DNA of 64,000 bases from Myxococcota bacterium (GTDB lineage Bacteria > Myxococcota_A > UBA9160 > PR03). Below are positions 8,541 through 18,349 of the stretch, piece after piece (position 1 is the stretch's first letter; every line of letters begins with the position of its first letter). The stretch lies in NCBI GenBank assembly GCA_041611735.1, contig JBFIML010000006.1:59936-123935 (forward strand), written 5' to 3'. A program made the position numbers and the translations under genes. The notes under the pieces are model-generated. The model was not told the origin of the DNA. It worked only from the letters and a program-made list of their open reading frames with translations, and ran no database searches.

Positions 8541-10405
8541 CAGAAGCTGTGTCCCACCGAGACGTGGATACGCGAGCGCTTGACCTGGTCCGGGGCGTTC
8601 AGCAGCTGCCCGAAGTCCAGGCGCAGGGGGCCGACCGGCGTGCGGTAGCGGAGGCCCACCCCCGCGGAGTAGAAGACGTCGTGGAGGCGCCACGTCCAGG
8701 GCTCGAGGGCCACCTGCCCGGCGTCCACGAAGACGACCCCGCCGAGCTCCCGCCAGACCGGAAAGCGCCATTCCAGGCTCGCCTCCAGCAGGCTGGTGCC
8801 GCCGAGCGGCGCGTCGTCCACGTCGAGGGGGCCCAGGCGCTGGTACTCGAAGCCGCGCACCGTGGTGCTCCCGCCCGAAAAGAAGCGCTTTACGATGGGC
8901 ACCTCGTCGGGGCTCGTCTCGGCGAAGGGATCGATCACGCCGATTCGCAGGCGGCTGGCCAGCACGCCCGGGCCCAGCGGCAGGAAGCCGCGCCCCTCGG
9001 CCAACAGCCGCAGGTAGGAGGCGCTCGAGCCGATGGCCGGCGAGGAGGGCTCCACGGAGAAGTCGAGCCAGGTTCCGCGCTTCGGGTCCAGGGGCACGTC
9101 GAGGGTGCTGCGTCGCAGGCCGAGCTCGAAGAAGCTCAGCACGAAGGCGCCTTCGGGGTCCTCGAGCACCGCGCCCGTCTCGTCGGCGGCGTCCTCCACG
9201 TCGTTCCACTCGAACTGGTGGGCGAGGCGCGCGCGCCAGCGCGGGTTGAGCGGGCGCGCGAGCTCGACGCGCGTGAGCAGACGGTCTGCGTCGTAGGCCG
9301 GCTCCCGCTCCCGGCGCAGGGAGAGATCGGTGCCGAGGGAGAGCAAGGGGTCCAGGAAGCGCGGCTGATCCAGGCCCGCGTCGAAGGCGCTCAGCAGCGA
9401 GGAGTGACGCAGGGCCAGCTCCAGGCGACGGGCGCCGCCCAGGAAGTTGCGGTGCAGCCAGGAGAGCCGGCCCCGGAAGCGATCCTCGGTGCCCCAGCCG
9501 AGTCCGACGCGGATGCTGCGCAGCGGCCGCTCGGTGAGCTGCACGTCCACCGGCCAGGTCTGCTCCGCCGGCAGCTGGCCGTCGGGTCCCGCTTCGCCCT
9601 CCTCGGGACGCGGCTGCACCACCACGGCCCGGAACAGGCCGAGGCCGTAGATGCCTTCCCGGGTCTCGCGCAGGGCGTCGAGGGAGAAGCGTTCGCCCGG
9701 CTCGAGGGTGACCTCGCGGCGCACCAGGGGCTCGGCGACTGCGTTCAGTCCGGACACCTCGACCGCTCCGAAGTGCACCCGGGGACCCGGCGCGACGCTC
9801 CAACGCACGCTTGCCTCGCGGGAGGCGGCGTCCACCTCGGCGCCGCCCTGGATGGCGGCGCGCGGAAAGCCCGCGTTCGCCAGCCGCGCCAGGATCTCCT
9901 GCTTGGCGGCGCCGTAGCGTCGCAGGGCGAAGATGTCACCCACGCCGAGCGGCAGATCGACCAGCATACGCTCGCGTCCGACCTCTTCGTCCAGGGGTGG
10001 TGCGAGGTCCACCTCGAAGGCCGCGACGCGCACCGGCTCGCCCTCGTCCACGTGGAAGGTGATCCGGACGCGACGGCGCCGGCGGCCCCAATCCAGCTCG
10101 TGGCGGACCTTCGCATGGTAGTAGCCGTGGCGGCGGTAGAGGGCCGCGATGCGACGCTCGTCCCGCTCGAGCACTCCTTCGAAGAACTCGGGCTTGGGCT
10201 TCCAGGGCTTCCAGCTCGGGGCCTGGCTGAAGATGTGACCCGCCAGCTCCTTGCGGGAGATCGCCGATACCCCTTCCCACTCGATTCCCCGCACCGTGAC
10301 GGCCTCGCCCTCGGCGGCCGCCATCGCGGGCGCGAGGGCGGCCAGGCCGAGCAGGACGGCGCGCAGGCGGCGTCGGTGCACCCGCATCCGCTTGGGATCG
10401 ATCAC
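8540..10405 (-). CDS. tamA: Omp85-family outer-membrane protein TamA (POTRA domains + barrel)
   Basis: Signal peptide, POTRA repeats, RFFSGGSTTVRGF, GLRYRTPVGPLRLDFG, terminal HVSVGHSF; adjacent to tamB; start uncertain. Confidence 0.85.
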   Translation of the reverse strand: MIDPKRMRVHRRRLRAVLLGLAALAPAMAAAEGEAVTVRGIEWEGVSAISRKELAGHIFSQAPSWKPWKPKPEFFEGVLERDERRIAALYRRHGYYHAKVRHELDWGRRRRRVRITFHVDEGEPVRVAAFEVDLAPPLDEEVGRERMLVDLPLGVGDIFALRRYGAAKQEILARLANAGFPRAAIQGGAEVDAASREASVRWSVAPGPRVHFGAVEVSGLNAVAEPLVRREVTLEPGERFSLDALRETREGIYGLGLFRAVVVQPRPEEGEAGPDGQLPAEQTWPVDVQLTERPLRSIRVGLGWGTEDRFRGRLSWLHRNFLGGARRLELALRHSSLLSAFDAGLDQPRFLDPLLSLGTDLSLRREREPAYDADRLLTRVELARPLNPRWRARLAHQFEWNDVEDAADETGAVLEDPEGAFVLSFFELGLRRSTLDVPLDPKRGTWLDFSVEPSSPAIGSSASYLRLLAEGRGFLPLGPGVLASRLRIGVIDPFAETSPDEVPIVKRFFSGGSTTVRGFEYQRLGPLDVDDAPLGGTSLLEASLEWRFPVWRELGGVVFVDAGQVALEPWTWRLHDVFYSAGVGLRYRTPVGPLRLDFGQLLNAPDQVKRSRIHVSVGHSF

Positions 10406-10604
10406 GGACCTGCAACCCACCCGACGAGCGCGGAGGGCCGCAATCCCTCGGCCCGAGCGTGGACGGTGGACCTCCGGTGTGTGGGACGCGCGGCGACTCC
10501 TCCCCCTTCACGGACCCCCTGGGGTCCCTTCAGCGCCTGGAAGCCGCGGAGTATAAGGAAGGCGAACCGGCGTCCCGCCGGGGGTTCGGAGCCGGAACCG
10601 GCAG

Positions 10605-10690
10605 TCCAGCGTCTCGCAGGCGGTGCTCGTCACCGGCTGCTCGAGCGGGATCGCATTCATGGCGCGCCGGGAGCCGCCCCGGGGTCCGGA
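10605..10690 (+). pseudogene. remnant of a short-chain dehydrogenase gene
   Basis: Intergenic frame reads SSVSQAVLVTGCSSGI (SDR Rossmann start) and then loses SDR similarity. Confidence 0.5.
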
Positions 10691-10804
10691 TTCCTCCCGG
10701 CCCGCCGGGCCCCTTGGAGAAGCTGCGCAGCCGCTGCCGGCTGTCTGCCGATCCGACCGGGAGGGCGCCTCAGGCGGCGGTGCGGCCCGGCCGAAGACGC
10801 ATGA

Positions 10805-11812
10805 ATGGACTCCGACGCGAGCTCGCGCCGGCCCGCGGGCCCGGTCCAGGCCTTCGACGCCGCGCTGGCGGCCGAGCGCGCTGCGTGCCTGCGCGCCAAC
10901 GTGGAGCGCGCCCTGCGCGGCAAGTCCGAGGTCGTGCGCCGGGCCGTCGAGTGCCTGGTGGCGGGCGGGCACCTGCTGCTCGAGGACGTCCCGGGCGTCG
11001 GCAAGACCACCCTGGCCCAGGCGCTGGCCCGGTCCGTGGACGCCCGCTTTCGGCGCATCCAGTTCACCAGCGACCTGCTGCCGAGCGATGTGCTCGGCGT
11101 CTCGGTGCCCGAGATCGTGGACGGACGGCCCAGCGGGGACTTCACCTTCCAGCCGGGACCGATCTTCTCCAACGTGATCCTTGCGGACGAGGTCAACCGG
11201 GCCAGTCCCAAGACCCAGTCGGCGCTCCTCGAAGCCATGAGCGAGGGCTCCGTGAGCGTGGACGGTGTTTCGCTCCGGCTCCCGGAGCCCTTCTTCGTGG
11301 TGGCGACCCAGAACCCGCTCGAGCAGCACGGGACGCACCCGCTGCCCGAGTCCCAGCTCGACCGCTTCCTGATGTGCCTGACGCTGGGCTATCCGGAGCC
11401 CCAGGACGAGGCGGCGGTGCTGCGCGACGATCCCGCCACCACGGAGCTGCCGCGGCTGACGCCGGTGGTGGGTCTCGACGAGCTCGGGGCCATGCAACGG
11501 CATTCCGCCAGCCTCAAGTTCGACGACGCGCTGGTGGCCTATCTGCTGGCGCTGGTGGAGGAGACGCGCCGCCACCCCGCCCTGGAGCTCGGCGTCTCCA
11601 CCCGCGGCGCGGTGGCCTTGCGACGAGCGGCGCAGGCGCGCGCTCTGGTGGACGGGCGCGACTACTGCATCCCCGAAGACGTGCGCGAGCTGGCGGAGGA
11701 CGTCTGGGCCCATCGCGTGCTGCTCGGGACGGCGGCGGGGCTGCGGCGCGGCAGCGAGGAGAGCGCGTGGATCGTGCGCGAGATTCTCGACCGGGTGCCG
11801 GTACCGCTCTGA
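10805..11812 (+). CDS. moxR: MoxR-family AAA+ ATPase
   Basis: LLEDVPGVGKT, RIQFTSDLLPSD, LADEVNRASPKTQSALLEAM, ATQNP, LPESQLDRF. Confidence 0.93.
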   Translation: MDSDASSRRPAGPVQAFDAALAAERAACLRANVERALRGKSEVVRRAVECLVAGGHLLLEDVPGVGKTTLAQALARSVDARFRRIQFTSDLLPSDVLGVSVPEIVDGRPSGDFTFQPGPIFSNVILADEVNRASPKTQSALLEAMSEGSVSVDGVSLRLPEPFFVVATQNPLEQHGTHPLPESQLDRFLMCLTLGYPEPQDEAAVLRDDPATTELPRLTPVVGLDELGAMQRHSASLKFDDALVAYLLALVEETRRHPALELGVSTRGAVALRRAAQARALVDGRDYCIPEDVRELAEDVWAHRVLLGTAAGLRRGSEESAWIVREILDRVPVPL

Positions 11813-12780
11813 TCCGGCGGCTGGCGAAGGCGCTGCGCCCACCCCGGGTGCTGCGTCCCACCCGGGCCGGCTGGATCTTCTTCGTGCTGACCCTGGCGGT
11901 GGGCTTCGCGGCGCTCAATACGGGCAACAACCTGCTGTATCTGGTGCTCTCGCTGATGTTGTCCTTCCTGGTGCTGTCCGGTGTGCTCTCCGAGTCGGCG
12001 TTGCGGGGCGTGCGGGTGGTACGGCGACTGCCGCGCGAGCTCCACGCCGGGGCCTCGGCGACGGTCGTCCTGGAGATCGTCAACGCAAAGCGGCGCGTGC
12101 CGGCCTTCGCACTCGTCATCGAGGACCGGGTGCGTCCGGCGAGCGGACCGGAGCGGGTCGCGGGACGGGTGTTCGTGCTGCGCGTGGCCGCGAACGCCCG
12201 CGAGCTCGGCGTCTATCGTTGGCAGGCCTCGGCGCGGGGTCCGGCCCGCTTCACCCGCCTGCGGGTCTCGACCCGCTTCCCCTTCGGTCTCTTCCTCAAG
12301 TCGCTGGTGCTCGAGGAGTCCGGCGAGACGCTCGTCTATCCCGCCCTGGAGCCGGTCGCGCTCGCCCGCTTGCAGGGCGGCGAGGGAGCGGCCGGGGAGA
12401 GCCCGGCACGACGGGGCACGGCGCATGCGGAGGTAGAGGGCCTGCGCGACTTCACGCCGGGCGACCCGGTGCGACGCATCCAGTGGCGGACGTCCTTGCG
12501 GCGCGGTGCCCTGGTGGTGCGCGACGGCCGGGCCCAGGCGCCCCGGGAGGTGGAGGTGCACCTGGCCACCCGCGGCGCCCAGGAGGGCGAGGCCTTCGAG
12601 CACGGCGTGCGGCAGGCCGCGTCCCGGGCCGTGGCCGAGCTGGAGCACGGTGCCCGCGTGGCGCTCCGCACCGACTCGCAGCGGCTGTCGGCGGGTACGG
12701 GACGGGCCCAGCGCCGGCGGGTGCTCGCCTTCCTGGCCTGCGTCGCTCCCGAGCCGTTGTCGCAGCGGTTCGACCCGTGA
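11809..12780 (+). CDS. DUF58 domain protein
   Basis: TM pair with AALNTGNNLLYL, TRFPFGLF, LRDFTPGDPVRRIQWRTS; follows moxR; start at CTG 11809 or GTG 11848. Confidence 0.85.
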   Translation: MIRRLAKALRPPRVLRPTRAGWIFFVLTLAVGFAALNTGNNLLYLVLSLMLSFLVLSGVLSESALRGVRVVRRLPRELHAGASATVVLEIVNAKRRVPAFALVIEDRVRPASGPERVAGRVFVLRVAANARELGVYRWQASARGPARFTRLRVSTRFPFGLFLKSLVLEESGETLVYPALEPVALARLQGGEGAAGESPARRGTAHAEVEGLRDFTPGDPVRRIQWRTSLRRGALVVRDGRAQAPREVEVHLATRGAQEGEAFEHGVRQAASRAVAELEHGARVALRTDSQRLSAGTGRAQRRRVLAFLACVAPEPLSQRFDP

Positions 12781-14903
12781 GCCGACTGGAGTTCCGGGCG
12801 GCCCTCGACTCGCCGCGCCCCGCCGCCGCCTGGGCGATGGCCGGCGTGGCGGCGGCGACGCTCTGGATCACCCGGCAGCTCGAGCCGCTGGCGGTGGTGG
12901 CCCAGGCGGCGGCCCTCGGGTTCTCGCTCCGCTTCCGCAACGACCCGCGTGCGTGGCAGCGCAGTCCGCTGCTGCTGAACCTGGGCATGTTCGTCGTCTC
13001 GAGCGCCACCGTCGCGGTGGCCCTGCGCGGGGCCACCTCGCTGGTGGCCCTGGCCCACTTCGCGGCGCTGGCCCAGGCGCTCCAGCTCCTGGACGCGCGC
13101 CCGCGGCGTTCCGAGTTCCTGCTGGTGGCGCTGGCGCTCTTCCAGGTCATCCTGGCCGCCAATCTGACCGACAGCGTCTTGTTCGTGCCCCTGCTGGCGG
13201 GCTTCGTGATTGCCACGACCTGGACGCTGATCGTGCATACGCTGCGGGCCGAGGCGCTCGAGGCGGGCGTGCCCCAGGCGGCAGGCCGGGCCCTCACGCC
13301 GGGTCTGCTGCGCACCACGCTGCTCGCCTCGTGCGGCTGCTTCGCGCTGGCCGTGGTGCTCTTCCTCCTGCTGCCGCGACTCCAGGGCAGTGTCGTGCGG
13401 GGCGTCGGCCTGGGCCCGCTGGCTGGCTCCGGCTTCTCGGACCGCGTCGAGCTCGGCGCGCTGGGGCGCATCCGCCAGGACCCGACCGTGGCGCTTCGCG
13501 TGGAGACCCTGGCGGGACGCCCGCCCCCGCCGCTCGACGCCTACTGGCGTGGGCTCGCCTTCGACCGCTTCGACGGCCGCAGCTGGTCCGTGACGCCGTC
13601 CCGGCGCTGGGTGGTGCCGGGCACCGCCGAGGTCGGGGTCGTGCTCGCGTCGGGCCCGGCGGATCTCGAGCAGCGCGTCGTGCGTGAGCCGGTGGCGTCG
13701 GGGGTGCTCTTCGTGGCGGGCGAGGCGCACGCCCTCCAGGGCACCGTGCGGCGGCTCCAGCACGACGCCAACGAGGGTCTCTACGCGCCCACGCAGGCCG
13801 CCGAGCGCGTTCGCTACACGGTGCGCAGCCGCACTCGAGCTCGCGACGACGCGAGCCTCGAGCGCGACGTGGCGGGTCCCCCCGCCGGCGAGGACGCCGG
13901 GCGCTATCTCCAGCTCCCGCGCCTGCGCGAGCCGGTGGCCGAGCTGGCCGCGCGCATCACCACGGGCCAGCCCAGCGATGCGGGGCGGGCGCGCGCCCTC
14001 GAGCAGTGGCTGCGTCGCAAGGGCCGCTACAGCGACGCGCCACCCCGGGACACGGGGCCCACGCAGCGCACGCCCGTGGAGCGCTTCCTGTTCGGGGACA
14101 TCGCCGGGCACTGCGAGTACTTCGCCAGCGCCATGGTCGTACTGGCCCGGGCGTCGGGGCTGCCCTCGCGTCTGGTGAACGGCTTTGCGGGGGGGCGCGA
14201 GAACCGCATCGGTGGCTTCGTGGAGCTGACCCGCTCCGATGCCCACGCCTGGGTGGAGGTGCACTTCGCCCGGGCGGGCTGGGTCCGCTACGACCCGACG
14301 CCGCCCGACCGGCGACTGCGCGCCGCCCTGCCGCCGTCGCTCCTGGAGCGCGTCGCCCAGATCGGGAGTGCCTTCGAGCTCTGGTGGTTCCAGCGCGTGG
14401 TGGGCTTCGACCGCTCGGACCAGCTCCACGCCATGAAGCGCGCCTGGCTCGCCTGGCGACGCGTGCGCCGCGTCTCGCACGAGCCCGGACGCCTCGAGGC
14501 CTGGTTCGAGCGCCGGCCCGACCGGGCGGGCGCGACGGCGGCGCTGGGGGCGGGGGTGGTGGCGGGGGTCGTGGGGCTGTTGCTGCTCAGGCGGCGCCGT
14601 CGCAAGCCGGCTCTTCCCGCCGGCTACGACCGGGCCCTGCGGCTCCTCGCGCGCCGCGGCCTGGTGCGACCGGCCGCCTGCACGGCGCGGGAGTTCGTCC
14701 GCCACGCCCGGGCGATGCTACCGGAGGAGGCCGCGGGGGCCTTCCAGGCGCTCACCAGCGCCTACCTGGCCCAGCGCTTCGGCGGGCGATCGGCGGCCGA
14801 TCCGACGGACCTGCGCCGCCTGCGAGCGGCCCTGCGCAGGCGGAGGTGGGCATTCGACCTCCCGGCGTGGCGCCGATTTCCTTCCCGGGGGCCACGACCC
14901 TGA
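12777..14903 (+). CDS. DUF3488/transglutaminase-like membrane protein (TgpA type)
   Basis: Multiple TMs, GFSDRVELG, YWRGLAFDRFDG, catalytic GHCEYFASAM..HAWVEV..WVRYDPTP; GTGA overlap with DUF58. Confidence 0.9.
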   Translation: MSRLEFRAALDSPRPAAAWAMAGVAAATLWITRQLEPLAVVAQAAALGFSLRFRNDPRAWQRSPLLLNLGMFVVSSATVAVALRGATSLVALAHFAALAQALQLLDARPRRSEFLLVALALFQVILAANLTDSVLFVPLLAGFVIATTWTLIVHTLRAEALEAGVPQAAGRALTPGLLRTTLLASCGCFALAVVLFLLLPRLQGSVVRGVGLGPLAGSGFSDRVELGALGRIRQDPTVALRVETLAGRPPPPLDAYWRGLAFDRFDGRSWSVTPSRRWVVPGTAEVGVVLASGPADLEQRVVREPVASGVLFVAGEAHALQGTVRRLQHDANEGLYAPTQAAERVRYTVRSRTRARDDASLERDVAGPPAGEDAGRYLQLPRLREPVAELAARITTGQPSDAGRARALEQWLRRKGRYSDAPPRDTGPTQRTPVERFLFGDIAGHCEYFASAMVVLARASGLPSRLVNGFAGGRENRIGGFVELTRSDAHAWVEVHFARAGWVRYDPTPPDRRLRAALPPSLLERVAQIGSAFELWWFQRVVGFDRSDQLHAMKRAWLAWRRVRRVSHEPGRLEAWFERRPDRAGATAALGAGVVAGVVGLLLLRRRRRKPALPAGYDRALRLLARRGLVRPAACTAREFVRHARAMLPEEAAGAFQALTSAYLAQRFGGRSAADPTDLRRLRAALRRRRWAFDLPAWRRFPSRGPRP

Positions 14904-15022
14904 GGGCCGAGCCGAGCATCCTCCTGCTCGACGCCGGTGAGCGCCGAGGCGGGGCGCTCGCGGATCGTCTCGACGCCCTCGGCTTCCGCGTGCGCGTGGT
15001 GGAGACCGCCCTGGTGCTCTGA
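14900..15022 (+). pseudogene. truncated receiver (REC)-domain fragment
   Basis: LRAEPSILLLDAGERRGGALADRLDALGFRVRVVETALVL* resembles beta1-alpha1-beta2 of a receiver domain, then stops. Confidence 0.4.
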
Positions 15023-15023
15023 G

Positions 15024-15680
15024 TCAGCCCTGCAGGGTCGCCACGAAGTCCTGCGCCTCCCGGATCGCAGCCTGCATGTCCTGCACCAGCGCCGCGATGT
15101 CGCTCTCCACCGCGGCCACGTTCCCCTCCAGCGAGGCGATGGCCCGGGCGTTCAGGTTGTGCTTCAGGAACAGCACCTGATCCCGGAACGCCTTCAGCAC
15201 GGGGTCCATGCGCGACTCGGCGCGGCGCATGGCCGCGATCAGCCCGCCATAGCGGGTTCGGGTCAGCCGCAAGCTCGCCTGGCTGCGGCGGCGCAGGCTC
15301 GCGGTCCCGATTTCCTGGATCTCCCCCTCCCACTCCTCGAACAGATCCTCCGCCACCTGCTGGATCGAGGCGATGCGCTCCCGGACCGCTCCGGCCCGGC
15401 TCTCGCTGCGCTCGTACTCCGCTTCGAGCCGCCGGTAGAGCTTTTCCAGGTCTCCCGCTTCGAAGCGCGTCACCTGCTTGAACACCTCGAAGGCACTCAG
15501 GAACTGCTCCTGTGCCTGCTGCTGCTCGCGCTGGCTGGCTTCCACCCGCCTGGTCAGGATGTGGCGTTTCTCCCGCCCGAGCGTCTCCCAGACGTCGTAA
15601 TACACCGAGCGGCACGCAAACGCGCCGGCGCAGAGGGCCAGGAGGGAGCCCAGGAGGAGTGGCGTCGGTGCGCGACGCAT
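15024..15680 (-). CDS. DUF2959-family coiled-coil lipoprotein
   Basis: Lipobox-like AFAC, YYDVWETLGREKRHIL, DLFEEWEGEI, FRDQVLFLKHNLNARAIASL. Confidence 0.85.
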   Translation of the reverse strand: MRRAPTPLLLGSLLALCAGAFACRSVYYDVWETLGREKRHILTRRVEASQREQQQAQEQFLSAFEVFKQVTRFEAGDLEKLYRRLEAEYERSESRAGAVRERIASIQQVAEDLFEEWEGEIQEIGTASLRRRSQASLRLTRTRYGGLIAAMRRAESRMDPVLKAFRDQVLFLKHNLNARAIASLEGNVAAVESDIAALVQDMQAAIREAQDFVATLQG

Positions 15681-15818
15681 CGCGTTCCTCCATTCGAGGC
15701 CAGGCAACATAGCGGAGTCATGACGAGCCGGAGCCGACACAAGGGCACGAGGCCAGATCAGAGGTTATCCTGGCCAGCAGCCGCTCGGGAAGCATTGGTC
15801 CGGCGGCGGGGGGGATGC

Positions 15819-16040
15819 ATGGCGAGACGCGCGAGACGGCGCTTCGGGCCCTCGGCCCTGGATGCCTGGCTGGTTCCGCGCTGGGCCACGGACGCCCGCG
15901 AGCGCGCCGATTCGGAGCTGCACGCCCTCTGGTTCGGGCTTCCCCTCGGCCCCCACGGCGCCCTCCGCTTCCGCAAGTGGCTCGGCTGGGCGCTCTTCCG
16001 GCTGGCAGTGCGCGTGAACCCGGAGGTGGCCGACCTCTAG
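15819..16040 (+). CDS. small hypothetical protein (73 aa)
   Basis: ATG after a G-rich SD-like run; MARRARRRFGPSALDAWLVPRW..; fills gap and converges on the nuclease gene. Confidence 0.5.
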   Translation: MARRARRRFGPSALDAWLVPRWATDARERADSELHALWFGLPLGPHGALRFRKWLGWALFRLAVRVNPEVADL

Positions 16041-16570
16041 GGGCGCCGGGCGTCGGGTGCCCACAGCCCCCGGATTGCCTGGCGCGCCTCGTCCTCCGCA
16101 GCCTCGAACTCCCGGGCCAGGCGACCGCGGCCATAGCGGGTCCAGAAGCGCGACCATCCCGCGCGCACCATCTCCACGTTGACGTGGGTCTCGCCCACGT
16201 ACACGTAGGCCAGCAGGCGTCCGTGGTCGTCGCGCTCTGGACGCGGGTCCTCGAAGGCCAGGGTCACCGGGCCGGAGCCCACCAGGCGGCGCAGGGCCCG
16301 CGTGGCGCTCCCGTAGCCCGGCTCCTGGCGCTCCGGAGTGTCCACCCGAAGCAGCCGCACCCGCTCGCGCCCCGCACCGCAGTCCACGTCGAGGGTGTCG
16401 CCATCGATCACGCGGCGTACCCGACACGGCCCCAGGGCCGCGGCGGCCGCCACGTCGGTCGCCGCAGGCCCGGGGCCCGGCGCGAGCCCGAGCGGGTCGA
16501 GGAGCCCGTCCCGGGCGAGGAGCAGGCCGGCCACCACGAGGAGGGCCACGGCCAGCACTGCCGTGCGCAT
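16037..16570 (-). CDS. thermonuclease (SNase) family protein with N-terminal TM/signal
   Basis: RVIDGDTL, VRLLRVDTPE, RDDHGRLLAYVY, EDEARQAIRGLW. Confidence 0.92.
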   Translation of the reverse strand: MRTAVLAVALLVVAGLLLARDGLLDPLGLAPGPGPAATDVAAAAALGPCRVRRVIDGDTLDVDCGAGRERVRLLRVDTPERQEPGYGSATRALRRLVGSGPVTLAFEDPRPERDDHGRLLAYVYVGETHVNVEMVRAGWSRFWTRYGRGRLAREFEAAEDEARQAIRGLWAPDARRP

Positions 16571-16575
16571 GCCCG

Positions 16576-17739
16576 CTATCCCCCCGAGGCGGGATCTTCC
16601 GCGGCGGCGTCCGGGGGCGTGGGATCCTCGCGGTCCTCCAGCCAGCCTTTCGGCAAGGCCACGCGCTGTCGCCCCCCCGACTTGCCGCGCGGAACCCGCA
16701 GGGCGTGGGGCGGGAAGGGCTCGTCGGGGTCGAGCTGGGTCAGGATGCCCTCGAGCTCCGCCCGGGTCTCGATCGTCATGAGCTCGCGTCGCAGCCGAGC
16801 GCTGCCCGGAAACCCCTTGGTGTACCAGGCCGCGTGCTTGCGGAAGCCGAGCAGCGCCGTGCGTTCGCCTGCCCAGTGCGTGAGGAGCTCGGCGTGCTCG
16901 CGCATCACCTCCGCCACCTCGCCGAGCCGGGGCGGAGCGCTCGGCGGCCGTCCGGCGAACACGTCCGCCAGATCGCGGAACAGCCAGGGGCGCCCCAGAC
17001 AGCCCCGGCCGACCACGACGCCGTCGCAGCCCGTGCTGCGCATGAGGCGCAGCGCGTCGTGGGCCTCCCAGACGTCACCGTTGCCGAGCACCGGCAGTTG
17101 CGGGAGGGCCTGCTTCAGCTCGGCGATGGCCTCCCAGCGGGCCGCGCCGTCGTAGAGCTGAGCGGCGGTGCGGGCGTGAAGGGAGACCGCCGCACAGCCC
17201 TCGTCGGCGGCGATGCGGCCTGCGTCCAGGCAGGTCGGGTGGGCGTCGTCCAGCCCGATGCGGAGCTTGATGGTGATCGGCACGGGTCCGGCGTTGCCTA
17301 CCGCGGCGCGTAAGATGTCGCGCAGCAGGCGTCGCTTCCAGGGCAGGGCGGCGCCGCCGCCCCGTCGTGTGACCTTGCGCACGGGGCAGCCGAAGTTGAG
17401 ATCGACGTGATCGACCTGGCCCTCGCCGACCAGCCGCGCCACCGCCTCGCCCAGCGTCTGCGGATCGACGCCGTAGAGCTGGAGGCTGCGTGGCTTCTCG
17501 TCCGGGGCGAAGCGGGCCAGCCGCAGGGTCTTGGCGTGCCCTTCCAGGAGCCCGCGGGCGGTGATCATCTCGCTCACGTAGAGGGCGGCCCCGAAGCGCC
17601 GGCACAGGGTCCGGAAGGGCGCATTGGTGACACCGGCCATGGGAGCCAGGACCACCGGCGGCCACACGCGCAGCGGACCGATCTGGACCGGCCGGAATGC
17701 CTCGGGCCGGGCGGGCGGTGCGGCTCGTTGCGGGATCAC
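16576..17739 (-). CDS. dusB: tRNA-dihydrouridine synthase B
   Basis: VVLAPMAGVTN, DLNFGCPVRKV, LHARTAAQLYDG, GNGDV, GRGCLGRPW, RKHAAWY; GTGA overlap with DUF393 stop. Confidence 0.9.
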   Translation of the reverse strand: MIPQRAAPPARPEAFRPVQIGPLRVWPPVVLAPMAGVTNAPFRTLCRRFGAALYVSEMITARGLLEGHAKTLRLARFAPDEKPRSLQLYGVDPQTLGEAVARLVGEGQVDHVDLNFGCPVRKVTRRGGGAALPWKRRLLRDILRAAVGNAGPVPITIKLRIGLDDAHPTCLDAGRIAADEGCAAVSLHARTAAQLYDGAARWEAIAELKQALPQLPVLGNGDVWEAHDALRLMRSTGCDGVVVGRGCLGRPWLFRDLADVFAGRPPSAPPRLGEVAEVMREHAELLTHWAGERTALLGFRKHAAWYTKGFPGSARLRRELMTIETRAELEGILTQLDPDEPFPPHALRVPRGKSGGRQRVALPKGWLEDREDPTPPDAAAEDPASGG

Positions 17740-18158
17740 GACGAGAGGGTAGGGGGCGTGCAGCGATCTGCCTCGCACCCGACATGCCGACCCGTCAGGC
17801 GCAAGCGATTGCGGGCGAACCAGCCATAGCCGGCGTCGGCCAGTCGCCGGAGGCCCGGCCAGGCGGTGGGCGCCAGCAGCCAGCCGAGCCCGACGGCGGC
17901 GTAGGCGCGTCTGAATACCTCGACACCCTCGATGATCCGGCCGTCTGGCAGGCGCGCGTGGATGCGTGCCATCAGGGTGGACGGGTCGACGCCGTAGGGG
18001 CCGGCGTCGAAGCCCGCGGCGGCCAGGTTCGTGAAGCGGATGCGTCCGCGCCCGCGGTCCAGGCGTCGGAGCGCCGCGACCTCCCGGGTGCACAGGGGGC
18101 AATCGCCGTCGTAGAGGAGCTCGATCTGCCACACGGGCCTTCCGGAACTGCCTGCCAC
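17736..18158 (-). CDS. DCC1-like thiol-disulfide oxidoreductase (DUF393)
   Basis: LLYDGDCPLCTREV, YGWFARNRLRLTGR, C-terminal C-x4-C. Confidence 0.88.
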   Translation of the reverse strand: MAGSSGRPVWQIELLYDGDCPLCTREVAALRRLDRGRGRIRFTNLAAAGFDAGPYGVDPSTLMARIHARLPDGRIIEGVEVFRRAYAAVGLGWLLAPTAWPGLRRLADAGYGWFARNRLRLTGRHVGCEADRCTPPTLSS

Positions 18159-18191
18159 CCCCGCAGGCTAGGCAGTCCCCGCCCGCCGGGC

Positions 18192-18324
18192 AAGAAAATA
18201 ATCTAGACATGCTTGATATCAGCGCATCAGAAAGACGCAGAAATAACTATAAACAATTGATATATATAGATTATAATGATGTCTAAAAAAAATATAGACA
18301 ATATTCCATCAAGCCGGGTAGACT
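18192..18324. promoter_or_regulatory. AT-rich divergent promoter region with CarH/LitR-type operator sites
   Basis: TGTCTA-N9-TAGACA at 18280-18300; AAATAATCTAGACA at 18196-18209 identical to 24974-24987; candidate promoter TAGACA-N18-TAGACT (18295-18324); TATAAT at 18272. Confidence 0.7.
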
Positions 18325-18349
18325 ACACCCTCGGAGATCGGAGGGACCC

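Noticed and set aside
5424-8648. Very long ORFs such as 5424..8648+, 39696..43691+, 43115..46138-, 45517..49176+, 57415..61005-
   Set aside because: Antisense or alternate-frame shadows of real genes, expected at high GC; no motifs and they fully overlap recognisable CDSs
5445-9803. 1452-aa ORF as a giant TamB; similarly 10459..12780, 16576..18210, 20139..22967, 24029..26413, 54781..57924, 60706..63474 as fusions
   Set aside because: The N-terminal extensions are off-frame read-through of neighbouring genes; real starts lie downstream at coupled start codons
10805-14903. moxR-DUF58-transglutaminase as a novel system
   Set aside because: Well-known conserved triad with nothing unusual here
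18192-18311. AT-rich island as foreign DNA or IS scar; ORF 18276..18506
   Set aside because: Only ~120 bp, no terminal repeats or transposase, and explained by promoter/operator motifs; the ORF overlaps the sigma gene out of frame
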